From Kiritimatiellia bacterium (GTDB lineage Bacteria > Verrucomicrobiota > Kiritimatiellia > RFP12 > UBA1067), in the NCBI GenBank assembly GCA_034003585.1, contig JAVEYH010000002.1, forward strand, positions 32,036-96,035: 64,000 bases of DNA, written 5' to 3'. This document shows, one piece after another, positions 17,485 to 27,862 of the stretch. Both the position numbers and the translations under genes were made by a program. Positions within the stretch are counted from its first letter, which is position 1. Every line of letters begins with the position of its first letter. The notes under the pieces were generated by a model. The model had not been told where the DNA came from. It worked only from the letters and a program-made list of their open reading frames with translations, and ran no database searches.

Positions 17485-20400
17485 CTACCGGAACAGGAGA
17501 ATCGTCCCCAAATCATGCACGAGCGTCACCTTGCCGGCGCCCGGCGTGGTGTCGTACTGAACCACCCACGTGCCGGGAAGATTGGGCGTCGCGGCGAAGG
17601 TGCCGGTGAGATTGCCCGAACAGGCGACGATCTCATACGAGTACCCCGCCATCCGCGAGACGTCGCCGATCACCAGCGTGAGCGTCGACAGATCCAAATC
17701 CCCCGCGACGGAAAGGGTATCCGTCAGGCCGTTCTCGCGCGTGTCAACCAGCAGAGTGCAACCGTCAAACACGGGTGACCCGTCGAGCGCCAGCGTGCCC
17801 ACTTCGCCCACACCGCCCGGAGCGACGGTTTCCGTCACGGTCAGGCTGTCACACCCGGAGATCGTCCCGCTGCCGCCGATGCCGGCCAGCGTCTGCGGCT
17901 GACCGTTCACGTCAAAGGTCGCGCCCGCGCCGACCGTAACCGTTCCGCCGGAAGCCAGGGAGCCGCCGTCCAGCTTCAGAATCCCGCCGCTCACACGCGT
18001 ATCGCCCAGATAGGTGTTCGCGCCGGACAACGCCAACGTGCCGCCACCGACCTTGACCAGCGTGTTGGAGCCGGAGATCACTCCGGAGAAGAGCGTGCTG
18101 CGGTTGTCGTTGCCGACAGTGAACGTCGCCCCGCGGCCACTGCCGTTGGCAATCCCGCCCGCACCCTCCAGCGAACCCACCTCCTGGTCAAGCCCGTTCA
18201 GGTCCAGCGTCCCGCCTTCCGAAACAAGCAGGGCCGTGGCGTCGGGCAACACATTGGTGGGAAAGGCGCATTCGAGCCCGAGCCACTTGTACCGCAGGCA
18301 CTCGGTGACCGAGTACGCGTCCGACAGGCTGAGCGCCGTACTGTAGACCGCCACCTCGTTGACATCGCCCTGGTATGAACGGAAAAGGGTTCCGCTGTAC
18401 GGCCGGCAGTCCCCGATCGCGGCGACCCAGGTCCGCGGCGTTTCGGCCAGGGCGGCCAACACGTGCGGCGCGCCTGCCGCAAACACCCTGTCCTCCGTAT
18501 CATTGACGAACATCCGTCCGCCGCATGAAAAGTCGTTTCCGTTGCCCGGATGGATCCACGAAGTCAGATTGGACTGCCGGATACTGATATCCTGTCCGTA
18601 CCCGCCCCAGAGGCCGCCGTTGTCCCTGTACCCGCGCACCTCGTTGACCACGAAAACCGAGCGCGACAGCGCGCTCTTGGACGCGATCAGGCAGTTGGTC
18701 CGGCCCCCGAAACGGACGGCCGGCAAACCGCTCGACGCATTGGTCACCAGTACCGGCTGCAGCACCGACACGTCCTGCGTGAAATGGACGCCGGCCCCGG
18801 ACGCGTCCGCCCACATGGTGACGTTCGACCCGTCCAGCGTCAGCAAATCGGCGCGTGCCGCATCGAGCCGGTACGCGAGCCCGTTGGTCGGAAGTTCCGT
18901 TTGCGTGCCCTGCAGCCGGAGGGTCCCCGCTTCGATGGTCGTGGCCCCGCTGTACGTGTTGAGTCCGCTCAGCGTCAGCGTGCCGTTCCCCGTCTTCACA
19001 AGCGAGACGGCGCCTTCGCCATCCCGGATCGCCCCCCAGAAGCGGCTGCCCGCACCGTCCGCACCGACCGTCAGCGTCGCGTCGCCGGCCGCGCTGTTGC
19101 TCACCACGCCCCCGCCCTCCAGCGCACCGGACGCCAAGCCCTCCCCGTTGAGGTCGAGCAGCCCGTTGACAGAGGCGGTCCGCATCGCCGAATCCGCACC
19201 CTCCACAACCAACGCGCCCGCCTGGACCTCGAAGGTTCCCCCAAACGGTTCCGCGTCGGTGAGGGTCAGGGTGCCCGCTCCATTCTGCACCACACGGCCG
19301 GTGCCGCGGATGGCGTTGGTGATCGTGGCATCGCCGTTGAGGGTGAACATCAGCACCCCGTCGTTGACCACCACCGGCCCGGGCGCCAGCGCCTGCGGCG
19401 CGGCGATCTCCAGCGTGCCGCGGCTGACGCGCGTTCCCCCCGTATACGTGTTGGAGCCGGTCAGCCGGATGATGCCGGCAAAAGCCGTGCCGGGGCAGCC
19501 GACCTCGAGACCGCCGGGGCCGGTGATCGGGCCGCTGAATGTCCCGATGGCGGCGGCCAATATTGACACGCTCACCCGCGCGTCCCGCATCAGCTCGACC
19601 GGTCCCGAGATCTCGCTGTCCCGCTCGAACACCACCGCGCCGAGCGGCTGGGACGCGCCGGCGCCCACACCCGCGAGATGCAGGGCATTGGTGACGTTCC
19701 CGGTGAACGTGACGCGGAACTGGCCGCCCCACGCCTCGTTGCCGTAGATGTACACGTCCCCGTCACTGAAACCGCGGCTGTTCGCGAGCGACACGCGGCC
19801 CGCCATGATGCGCGTCGGTCCGGTGTAGGTGTTGGCGGACGCGGTGAGCTGCAGATCCTCGTCCGGCCCGCCGCCCGCCAGCGTCAGCCCGTTCGAACCC
19901 GCGATCACACTCCCGAGCGTGGGGCCGAATTGATTCGACCGCCGCAAGTTATAGATGATGACGCCTTCCGAAGTCCCGAAATCGAGCGTGCCGCCGTTGA
20001 GGCCCGCCGTGACGCCGCTGGAGTTGTTGAGGATCACCCCGGCCGGATTCACGCCGTCGCCGACGGTCAGCGTCTGGCCGCTGTTGACGGTCAGCACCGC
20101 GCCGTTGTGCACGCGCAGCGCGTGGACATGGACGCTGTCCGTGGAGGCGTTGGCCGTCACATTGGCGATCGAGGTATCGCCGCCGCCGAGCCCGGACGTG
20201 TAGGCCGCCACGCTGAAGCCGTCCGTCGCGTCATAGGTGAGGAAATCGCAAGACCGGCGGTCATCATTGTGGATGCCGAAGACGGCCGGAACCATGCCGT
20301 TGACGGTCGCCACCCCACCGTTAACCAGGACTTTTTCCGTGCCGCCCAGCGTGGCGGTACCCGCGCCCGGCCAGATCGCCAGCACCCCGTACGTGTCGCG

Positions 20401-22767
20401 CTTCAGCACGCTGTTCTCCGCCGCGCCGGCCGCGCCGAGCGTCACGCTCAGACTGCTCTGGCTGCCGCGCGCGGGACGCAGCATCGAGACGCCGGGGCCG
20501 ACGGTTACGGTGTTCGCCGCGTCGCCATGGGCCACGGACATCGAAAGGTTGGCCCCGCTTCCGGACGGCGCGATCTCCAGCGTGCCGCCGTTGATCGTCA
20601 CCGGGCCGTATCCGAACGGCGTGCCGCCGGTTCCCTGCGCGGTCAGCGTTCCCGCGTTAAGGACCGAGGCGCCGGTATACCCGTTGTCCGCGAGGAACCG
20701 GAGCAGTCCGGGGCCGCTCTTGATCAGGCCACCGTCAACCGTGCCGCCGGTCGCGTTGGTGAAACCCTGATTGAAGGTCGTCGTGCTGCCGACGGTCGCC
20801 GCCTCGACGCGCGCGCCCCCTTCCCGGACGTTATAGCGGTGGTACGCGCCTGCCACGGAGGTCCGGGATCCGAGAAACCGCAGCAGACCGCCGTCGAAAT
20901 TCACGAACGTCGGGTGGGCCTCCTGCGACCCCACCGTTCCGAAGCCGCCCTGCATGATCAGCGTGCCGCCCGCCAGCGTGACCGTACCGGTGCTGGTGGT
21001 GCCGGCGGCTCCGTTTGACATCACGACCAGCCCGTCGGTGGTGACCTGCGCGTCATTCGTCACCACCAGCGAATGGGTCTTGCCGTCGCTGGCGATGCGC
21101 GTGTTGGCGTTCGCGATGTTCACGACCGCCGTGCCGCATGCCAGCAGGCCGAGCCCCTGACAGTGCTGGATATAGCCGATGTTCATGGTGCCGCCGCTGA
21201 CCGTGACGAAGATATCGTTGGTGTTGATGTTTCCCAGCGTGTTCTTGAAAAACGTGGCGCCGCCGGTCTGCAGATAGCGCCCCGTGCCTCCCAGCGCGCT
21301 GTCGAACAGGTGGGTCCCGCCGCGGATCTCGACCGGGTACCCCGGCGAGACCGTCAACGTCGCGCCCGTGCTGCTGCCGCCGTTGAACACCACCCGGGCA
21401 CCCGCGTTCTGCGTGAACCCGCCGCCGGAGAACGTCCCGCCCGCGATTTCGAGCGTGCCCGCCGAAACCGTGACCGCCGCGTTCGTGGTGCGGAGCGCGC
21501 CCAGCGCCAGCGTCGACTCCTGCGTTTTGGTGATCGCGCCCGAACCGTAAAGCGGCGTGTCGTTGGTCTCGCTCTCCGTGGTGTTGAGTTCAAGGGCCGA
21601 GCCGGATTCAAGGCGGATCTGCGCGGTGTTCGCCAAAAGGGTTCCGAGTGTGCCGCCCGTGACCGCCAGTTTGCCCCCGTCCACCACCGTCGGCCCGGCG
21701 TACGTTTGGGTGTTTGTGACCGTCATCGTGCCGGTCCCGGCTTTCGTCAGGCCGCCCGCCCCTGTAAAAACGTTGGCCAGCGAGAACGAGTCGTTTTTCC
21801 ACCCCAACTCCAGCGTGACGGGACCGTTCTCCGTATCCGCAAGGGTGAAGTCATTGGTGACCAGGAGGGTGCCGATGCGAAACGTGCCGATCCCCGGCGC
21901 GAAGGTCAGGTTCAGCCCCGGGAATCGCGCGTCGAACGTCACATTCTGCAGCGTGTTGGAATTCCCAGCCACAAAGGTCCCGGCCTCTTTGAAAGAGAAC
22001 GTTCCCCCGCCGTAGCACATGCCGGAGAACAGGCGTGTGGCCCCGTTCAGCCAGAATTGGATCGTGCTGGAGTGGTTGGTGAGCACGCCGCTGCCCGTCA
22101 AGGCCCCAATGTTGTCGGTCTTGTTCGCCTGATCAACCGTGCCGCCCGCCTGAATGTCGAGAACCGCGTAATTATTGATCTGGTTGTTCCCTCCGCACCG
22201 CAGCACGGCGCCATTTCCCACGGTGATCGTGCCGCTGCCGACATTCAATCCGTCGCTGTTGTCTTTGAACCGGAGGTCCAGCAGCCCGTTTTCCACCGTC
22301 AGGCCCGACGGCACGGTCAAATATTTCTCCAGCCGCAGCGTGCCCGTCCCCGCTTTTGAGATTGCCGTGCCGGCTGCGGGCGAGAGGGTCAGCGCCACCG
22401 TGGCGGTAACGGCGTTTCCCTCGACCGTGACCAACGCGGGGTTGCCGTTGTTGTTGAGCGTCACGGTGCTGTTCGTGAACAGGGTATCCGCGCCGGAGAC
22501 GTACAGTCCGCCAAGCGTCAGCCCGGCGACATTCTGGTCGACCCGCGCCGGCACCCCGTTGGTGAAGTAGGCCGTAAACCCCGCGCCGGCGGCGTACGCG
22601 CCGCCCTCCCAGTTGACCAGGTCACCCCATGCCCCGTCCCCGGAGGCCGTCCACACGCCGTCCGCAGCCGAAAGCGAACCGGCCGCCAGCGCGAGCGCCG
22701 CGATCTTTCGTCCGAATCCCGGCACCGCGATACGGATCCCGCGAGTGAAAAAACTTGTCTTGACCAT
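17485..22767 (-). CDS. Giant secreted protein of 1761 aa built from autotransporter-associated beta-strand (PATR) repeats, a Gly/Thr/Ser-rich beta-helix.
   Basis: The ATG at 22767 (MVKTSFF...AALALAAGSLSAADGVW, a signal peptide) has a GGAAAGG RBS, and the track TTG at 22788 is less likely. It contains dozens of units such as GTGTLTLSGLNTYSGATTIEAGTLRL, GGGTLALSGANTYLGDTRVSGGILKL and GSNTYTGGTRVSRGTLEI. No C-terminal beta-barrel or PEP-CTERM is recognisable. Confidence 0.8.
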   Translation of the reverse strand: MVKTSFFTRGIRIAVPGFGRKIAALALAAGSLSAADGVWTASGDGAWGDLVNWEGGAYAAGAGFTAYFTNGVPARVDQNVAGLTLGGLYVSGADTLFTNSTVTLNNNGNPALVTVEGNAVTATVALTLSPAAGTAISKAGTGTLRLEKYLTVPSGLTVENGLLDLRFKDNSDGLNVGSGTITVGNGAVLRCGGNNQINNYAVLDIQAGGTVDQANKTDNIGALTGSGVLTNHSSTIQFWLNGATRLFSGMCYGGGTFSFKEAGTFVAGNSNTLQNVTFDARFPGLNLTFAPGIGTFRIGTLLVTNDFTLADTENGPVTLELGWKNDSFSLANVFTGAGGLTKAGTGTMTVTNTQTYAGPTVVDGGKLAVTGGTLGTLLANTAQIRLESGSALELNTTESETNDTPLYGSGAITKTQESTLALGALRTTNAAVTVSAGTLEIAGGTFSGGGFTQNAGARVVFNGGSSTGATLTVSPGYPVEIRGGTHLFDSALGGTGRYLQTGGATFFKNTLGNINTNDIFVTVSGGTMNIGYIQHCQGLGLLACGTAVVNIANANTRIASDGKTHSLVVTNDAQVTTDGLVVMSNGAAGTTSTGTVTLAGGTLIMQGGFGTVGSQEAHPTFVNFDGGLLRFLGSRTSVAGAYHRYNVREGGARVEAATVGSTTTFNQGFTNATGGTVDGGLIKSGPGLLRFLADNGYTGASVLNAGTLTAQGTGGTPFGYGPVTINGGTLEIAPSGSGANLSMSVAHGDAANTVTVGPGVSMLRPARGSQSSLSVTLGAAGAAENSVLKRDTYGVLAIWPGAGTATLGGTEKVLVNGGVATVNGMVPAVFGIHNDDRRSCDFLTYDATDGFSVAAYTSGLGGGDTSIANVTANASTDSVHVHALRVHNGAVLTVNSGQTLTVGDGVNPAGVILNNSSGVTAGLNGGTLDFGTSEGVIIYNLRRSNQFGPTLGSVIAGSNGLTLAGGGPDEDLQLTASANTYTGPTRIMAGRVSLANSRGFSDGDVYIYGNEAWGGQFRVTFTGNVTNALHLAGVGAGASQPLGAVVFERDSEISGPVELMRDARVSVSILAAAIGTFSGPITGPGGLEVGCPGTAFAGIIRLTGSNTYTGGTRVSRGTLEIAAPQALAPGPVVVNDGVLMFTLNGDATITNAIRGTGRVVQNGAGTLTLTDAEPFGGTFEVQAGALVVEGADSAMRTASVNGLLDLNGEGLASGALEGGGVVSNSAAGDATLTVGADGAGSRFWGAIRDGEGAVSLVKTGNGTLTLSGLNTYSGATTIEAGTLRLQGTQTELPTNGLAYRLDAARADLLTLDGSNVTMWADASGAGVHFTQDVSVLQPVLVTNASSGLPAVRFGGRTNCLIASKSALSRSVFVVNEVRGYRDNGGLWGGYGQDISIRQSNLTSWIHPGNGNDFSCGGRMFVNDTEDRVFAAGAPHVLAALAETPRTWVAAIGDCRPYSGTLFRSYQGDVNEVAVYSTALSLSDAYSVTECLRYKWLGLECAFPTNVLPDATALLVSEGGTLDLNGLDQEVGSLEGAGGIANGSGRGATFTVGNDNRSTLFSGVISGSNTLVKVGGGTLALSGANTYLGDTRVSGGILKLDGGSLASGGTVTVGAGATFDVNGQPQTLAGIGGSGTISGCDSLTVTETVAPGGVGEVGTLALDGSPVFDGCTLLVDTRENGLTDTLSVAGDLDLSTLTLVIGDVSRMAGYSYEIVACSGNLTGTFAATPNLPGTWVVQYDTTPGAGKVTLVHDLGTILLFR

Positions 22768-22976
22768 ACTCAACCGCCTTTCCTGCAAGAATCACCACAT
22801 CCATTTTCGTTTGATTACGAAGGCAAAAGGATACCCCAAAAGGGGGCGTGTGCCAAGCCGGTTGCGGCGAAAAACAGCTTTATGCTTTTACTCCACACCC
22901 CCCTTCTGCTATAAGAAGCGTGTATTGCGACGGCTGAAAGGAACCTTGCCGTCAATCCGGCTCTCCGAGGTTTTCC

Positions 22977-25900
22977 GTGTATCTAAAACAGATTGAACTG
23001 ACCGGTTTCAAGAGCTTTGCGGACAAGACCCGCCTGCAGTTCGAGCCCGGCATGATTGCGATTGTCGGGCCCAACGGCTGCGGCAAAAGCAATGTCTCGG
23101 ACGCGATCCGCTGGGTATTGGGCGAACAGCGCCCCACCGCCTTGCGTTGCGCCAAGATGCCGGACGTGGTGTTCAACGGCACGGATTCGCGCAAGCCGCT
23201 CGGCATGGCTGAGGTTTCCATCACCTTCGCGGACTGCGACGGGATCCTGGAAACCGAGTTCAACGAGGTAACCGTCACCCGCCGTGTCTTCCGTTCCGGC
23301 GAAGGCCAGTACTTCATCAACAAGACCCCCTGTCGCCTTAAGGATGTCCACCGTCTTTTCATGGGGACGGGCATCGGCACGACCTCCTATTCGGTGATGG
23401 CCCAAGGCCAGATCGACGTCATCCTCTCCTCGCGGCCGGAAGACCGCCGCGCCGTTTTCGAGGAGGCGGCCGGCATCACGAAATTCAAGGCCGACCGCAA
23501 AGAGGCGCTGCGCAAGATCGAGCAGACCGAGGCCAACCTGCTGCGGCTCGCCGATGTCATCCGGGAGGTGAAGCGCCAGATCGGCACGCTGCAGCGGCAG
23601 GCCGGCAAAGCCCAGAAGTACAAGGAACTGCGCGATGAGCTGCGCGGCCTCGACCTCTTCCTGACGCGCCGGCGCCTCGCCGCGCTGGACATCCGCATCC
23701 GCGAGCTGGACACCTCGATCCACGCGCTGAACGAACAGTGGGTCTCCCATCAGGAGTTCGTGGCCGAGGCGGAGGCGGAGTCCTCCCGCATCCACGGGCT
23801 GATCCATGAGACTGAGGAGCGGATCGCGGACCTGACCGAACAGGCGGCGCAGGCCGACAACCGTTACATCCGCGCCCAGGAGGTCATCAAGGTCAACGAG
23901 CAGCGCATCGCCGAATACCGCGCCTGGGCGGAGCGCGACAACCGTGAGATTTCCGAGACCCGGACGCAGATCGAACAGCTCCGCCTGCAACAGGAATCGC
24001 TCGCGCAGAAGCGGTTGCTCCTGCGGCAGACCGAGGAAGTCGAACAGAACGCGCTGAAAGAGGCGCAGGCCCGGTTCGACGCGCACCGGCTGCAGATCGA
24101 ACAGACGCGCGGGCAGCTCCAGCAGGACCGGCAGAAATCGGTCGAGTGCGAACGCCGCACCGCTCAGATCCAGCAGGAACTGGCGGCCATGGAGGCGCGG
24201 CAGCGCGAGCTGCTCATGAAGCGGGACCGCCTTGCCGCCGAACACGGCCAGGTGCAAGAGACGTTGGCGGCCGCGGAACACGCCTGCGCCGAGGTCCGGG
24301 CCCGCCTTGACACGCATACGGCTGAAGTCGCCGCGGCGGACGAGCGTTACGAAACGCTCGACACCGAACGGGCGGCCGTGACGGAAGAGCTGCATGCCTT
24401 GCAGACCGAGTCCGCGCGTCTCCAGTCCGAGGCCGCGGCCAAACGGGCGCAACTCGAGTTGCTGAAAGACGCGGGCGAGATTCGCGACGCCTATGCGCCG
24501 GGCTCGCAACTCTTGCTGGACCCCGCCAACCCGTTGGGACTCGAACCGCAAACCGTGCTCGGCCCGTTGGCGGAGATGTTCAACGCGCCGCCGGACCTGC
24601 GCCTCGCGCTGGAAGCCGCCTTGCGCGCCTGGCTCGACGCCGTAATCGTGCGCGACGCCGGGGCCGCGCGACGCATCTTCGAGATGCTGCTCGCCCGCGG
24701 CACCCCCGCGGCCGCGCGCATCATCGCCGCCTCGGTTGACGGGCCGGGCGACCGCACCGACACGCCTCCGCCCCCCCCGGGTCCGGGCCTCACGCCGCTG
24801 TTGGACCGCGTCACGGTCGAAAAGCCGTTTGCCGGTGCGGCGCGCCGTCTGTTGGGGACCGTCTTTCTGGCGGAGTCGCGGGAGGCTGTGCCGGAAGCCG
24901 TACCCGCCGGGTGTAGCATCGTCACACGCGACGGCGTGATCGCGCATGCCGACGGGTGCGCGGAGCTGTGGATGCCGGACAGCCCGGTCTCCAGCCCGCT
25001 CGCCCGCAAGCTGCTCGCCACCGAAACCGCCGACCAGCTCACGGTGCTGGAAACAACGCTCAGGACCACCCGGACCCGCCAAGAGCAGTTGGCGGCGCGT
25101 TCGTCCGAACTCAGTCTCCACCTGACCCAGATGCGGAAAACGCTGGATGAGAACCGGCGCCGCGCCGCGCAGGCGGAAGGCGAGCACCAGAGCGTTTCCC
25201 GTGATGCGGAGCGGGCCCGCGCCCGTCTGGACCAGGTCTCCCGCGAGCTGAACGCGCTCACTGAACAGACTTCCGGGGATGAGGGGATCTGTGCCGCGCG
25301 CACAGACGAGCTGGACGGGCTCACGGCCACGCGCGCCCGCTTGCTGGAGCGCATCGCCGAGAACTCGACCCTGCTGCAGGAGCGGGAGGGCGTCTTCGGC
25401 GAACTCAGCCACGCCCTCACCGAATGCCGGATCCGGGTTTCCAGCGTGTCGCAGCAGATCGAACACGCCGCGTCCCAGGAAGAGGCCGTCCAGACGCGCA
25501 TGGACGAACTCGACCGCACGTTGCAGGGCCGGAACCGCGGCGTGATGTCGTACGACGAAAGCATCGGACGCCTCACGCAGGAGATCGCCTCCCTGGAGGC
25601 CAACCTCGACCCTATGCGGATCACGGCCGAAACGCTCCACCTGAAGATCGAGGAGACGCGCCGCGAACGCGCCACCCGCCAGCGCGAGCTGGAGAAGACC
25701 GACGCCACCCTGACCGAGCGCCGCCGCGCGCTCGAAGCCGCGCGCGAACAGCGCAGCCGCGCGGAGATCGATCTCGCCGAATCGCGGATGCGCCGACAGA
25801 ACCATCTGGACCACATCTACAACGAATACGGCCTCTCGCCCGAGGAACTGATCGCCCATGCGGACCCCGCCTGGCCGGAGGGCGGACCGCCGCCGGTTCC

Positions 25901-26684
25901 CGAGATCGAGGCGCGCGCGGCATCCCTCACCGCCGACATCCAGGCGCTTGGCCCCGTGAACCTGGTGGCGATCGAGGAGTACAAGGAGCTGGAGGAGCGG
26001 TACACCTTCCTCAAGGCCCAGGAGGAGGATCTGCTCAAGTCCAAAGAGCAGATCCTGGAACTGATCGCCATGATCAACAAGAAATCGGGCGAGATGTTCC
26101 AGTCCACCTTCGATCAGGCCAACGCCCATTTCGACACGATGTTCACCCGGCTCTTCAACGGCGGCCAGGCCAAGCTCGTGCTGCTGGAAAACGCCGAGGA
26201 TCCGCTCGAGTGCGGCATCGACATCATCGCCCGCCCGCCCGGCAAACGGCCGCAGTCAGTGACCCTGCTCTCCGGCGGCGAACGCACCATGACCGCGGTG
26301 AGCCTGCTCTTCGCGATCTTCCTGATCAAGCCGGCCCCGTTCTGCATGCTCGACGAACTGGATGCCGCACTGGACGACAGCAACATCGGGCGTTTCGTGC
26401 AAACCCTGAAAGACTTCCTGAAACACTCGCAGTTCCTGATCATCACGCACAACCAGCATACCATCGCCGGTTCGGATATCGTTTACGGCGTGACACAACA
26501 GGAGAAGGGCATCTCGAAGATCGTCTCGATGCGCCTCAAGGAGATCGGGGTCAAACCGTTGGCGCTGGGCGCGCCCGAGCCTGCGGCGGACGCGGTCTCG
26601 GCCGCGGAAGAGCCGCGGGCTCGGCGCGGCCGCAAAAAGAAGAGCGGGGACGCCGCCCCCGAGCTCAGCGCGCCAGCCGAATGA
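22977..26684 (+). CDS. smc: Chromosome segregation protein SMC.
   Basis: It is 1235 aa and begins MYLKQIELTGFKSFADKTRLQFEPGMIAIVGPNGCGKSNVSDAIRW (Walker A). It has long coiled coils, a hinge and a C-terminal LSGGERTMTAVSLLFAI...MLDELDAALDD. A basic tail sits at the C-terminus. Confidence 0.95.
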   Translation: MYLKQIELTGFKSFADKTRLQFEPGMIAIVGPNGCGKSNVSDAIRWVLGEQRPTALRCAKMPDVVFNGTDSRKPLGMAEVSITFADCDGILETEFNEVTVTRRVFRSGEGQYFINKTPCRLKDVHRLFMGTGIGTTSYSVMAQGQIDVILSSRPEDRRAVFEEAAGITKFKADRKEALRKIEQTEANLLRLADVIREVKRQIGTLQRQAGKAQKYKELRDELRGLDLFLTRRRLAALDIRIRELDTSIHALNEQWVSHQEFVAEAEAESSRIHGLIHETEERIADLTEQAAQADNRYIRAQEVIKVNEQRIAEYRAWAERDNREISETRTQIEQLRLQQESLAQKRLLLRQTEEVEQNALKEAQARFDAHRLQIEQTRGQLQQDRQKSVECERRTAQIQQELAAMEARQRELLMKRDRLAAEHGQVQETLAAAEHACAEVRARLDTHTAEVAAADERYETLDTERAAVTEELHALQTESARLQSEAAAKRAQLELLKDAGEIRDAYAPGSQLLLDPANPLGLEPQTVLGPLAEMFNAPPDLRLALEAALRAWLDAVIVRDAGAARRIFEMLLARGTPAAARIIAASVDGPGDRTDTPPPPPGPGLTPLLDRVTVEKPFAGAARRLLGTVFLAESREAVPEAVPAGCSIVTRDGVIAHADGCAELWMPDSPVSSPLARKLLATETADQLTVLETTLRTTRTRQEQLAARSSELSLHLTQMRKTLDENRRRAAQAEGEHQSVSRDAERARARLDQVSRELNALTEQTSGDEGICAARTDELDGLTATRARLLERIAENSTLLQEREGVFGELSHALTECRIRVSSVSQQIEHAASQEEAVQTRMDELDRTLQGRNRGVMSYDESIGRLTQEIASLEANLDPMRITAETLHLKIEETRRERATRQRELEKTDATLTERRRALEAAREQRSRAEIDLAESRMRRQNHLDHIYNEYGLSPEELIAHADPAWPEGGPPPVPEIEARAASLTADIQALGPVNLVAIEEYKELEERYTFLKAQEEDLLKSKEQILELIAMINKKSGEMFQSTFDQANAHFDTMFTRLFNGGQAKLVLLENAEDPLECGIDIIARPPGKRPQSVTLLSGGERTMTAVSLLFAIFLIKPAPFCMLDELDAALDDSNIGRFVQTLKDFLKHSQFLIITHNQHTIAGSDIVYGVTQQEKGISKIVSMRLKEIGVKPLALGAPEPAADAVSAAEEPRARRGRKKKSGDAAPELSAPAE

Positions 26685-27825
26685 TCTCCGCAACCTCGTG
26701 CGCGCCGAGATCGCCGTATTCGCCGATTTTCGCGCCGCGCGCGGCCAGCCGGTCCGCCACAACCACAGCGGCCTCTTCGGCGTCCACGCCATACTCGCCC
26801 AGGCGCGTCGGCACGCCAACCTCCCGGAAAAAAGCCTCCATGCGATCAATCGCCTGCGCGGCGCGCTCCGCCTCCGAACCCTCCGTGATGCCCCAGACAC
26901 GCGCCGCGCACTGGGCCAGGCGGGCCCGCTTGCGCCGGATCTGATGCCGGTGCACCGCCGGCATGATCACGGCCAGCGTGCGTCCGTGATCCATCCCGTA
27001 CCGTGCCGTCAGTTCGTGTCCGATCATGTGCGTCGCCCAATCCTGCGCCGCGACGCCGCAGCCCAGAGACCCGTTGAGCGCGACGGTGGCGCACCACATC
27101 AGGTTCGCGCGCACCGCGTACGCCTTCGGGTCCTGTTTCACCTTGGGCGCCTCTTCGATCAGGGTGAGCAGCACCGCCTCGGCCTGCCGCGCCACCAGCG
27201 GGGTGTCGTCCGCGCGGCACATGTACTGTTCCATCACATGCGCGAACGTGTCCGCGATCCCGTTCTCCACCTGCCGCATCGGCAGGGAAAAGGTCGTCTC
27301 CGGATCCAGAACCGAAAAGACCGGAAACACGAGCGGCGAACTGAACGCCAGTTTCTCGCGGCTCGAATCGCGCGTGATCACCGAAAAGCAATTCATCTCC
27401 GAACCCGTCGCGGGCAGCGTCATCACCGCGCCCAGCGGCAGTGCGCCCGTCACCGGGCTCCGCCCCTCCATGACTTCCCACGGGTCGCCTTCACCATACG
27501 CCGCCGCCACCGCGATGAACTTCACCGCATCCAGCACGGAACCGCCGCCCACCGCCAGCAGAAACCCCACGCCCGCCTGACGCGCCTGCGCGGCCGCCCG
27601 CATGCAGGTCTCGTAGCGCGGATTGGGCTCGATGCCGCCGAACTCGCACACGTCATGTCCGGCCAGCGCGGCCCGGACCTGATCATAGACGCCGTTCCGT
27701 TTGACGGACCCGCCGCCGTACACCAGCATGACCGGCACGTCTGCCGGAACCTCCTCGCGCACCCGCGCGATCATCCCCTTGCCGAACCGGATCCGCACCG
27801 GATTGAAATACGTGAAGTTTTCCAT
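26665..27825 (-). CDS. Iron-containing (group III) alcohol dehydrogenase.
   Basis: The ATG at 27825 (MENFTYFNPVRIRFGKGMIARV...) was verified and the track extension to 28044 rejected. Motifs GGGSVLDAVK and the His-rich metal site (HVMEQY...HMIGHELT) are present. It overlaps the smc 3' end tail-to-tail by 20 nt. Confidence 0.85.
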   Translation of the reverse strand: MENFTYFNPVRIRFGKGMIARVREEVPADVPVMLVYGGGSVKRNGVYDQVRAALAGHDVCEFGGIEPNPRYETCMRAAAQARQAGVGFLLAVGGGSVLDAVKFIAVAAAYGEGDPWEVMEGRSPVTGALPLGAVMTLPATGSEMNCFSVITRDSSREKLAFSSPLVFPVFSVLDPETTFSLPMRQVENGIADTFAHVMEQYMCRADDTPLVARQAEAVLLTLIEEAPKVKQDPKAYAVRANLMWCATVALNGSLGCGVAAQDWATHMIGHELTARYGMDHGRTLAVIMPAVHRHQIRRKRARLAQCAARVWGITEGSEAERAAQAIDRMEAFFREVGVPTRLGEYGVDAEEAAVVVADRLAARGAKIGEYGDLGAHEVAEIIRLAR

Positions 27826-27862
27826 GGTTTTTTCTTTCTTTTCCGCCGGACGCTTGTGTCGG

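Noticed and set aside
22983-26129. 1048-aa minus-strand ORF antisense to smc, and the similar long antisense or out-of-frame ORFs at 244..1302, 1789..3303, 4707..6503, 8777..10024, 11598..12884, 13001..14089, 15307..16506, 18359..19747, 19678..21018, 21073..22359, 38833..40191, 48196..49290, 49834..51180, 54863..57574 and 62781..63935
   Set aside because: Each overlaps a gene with clear family-specific motifs on the other strand or frame, and their translations are Arg/Gly/Pro/Ala-rich low complexity.
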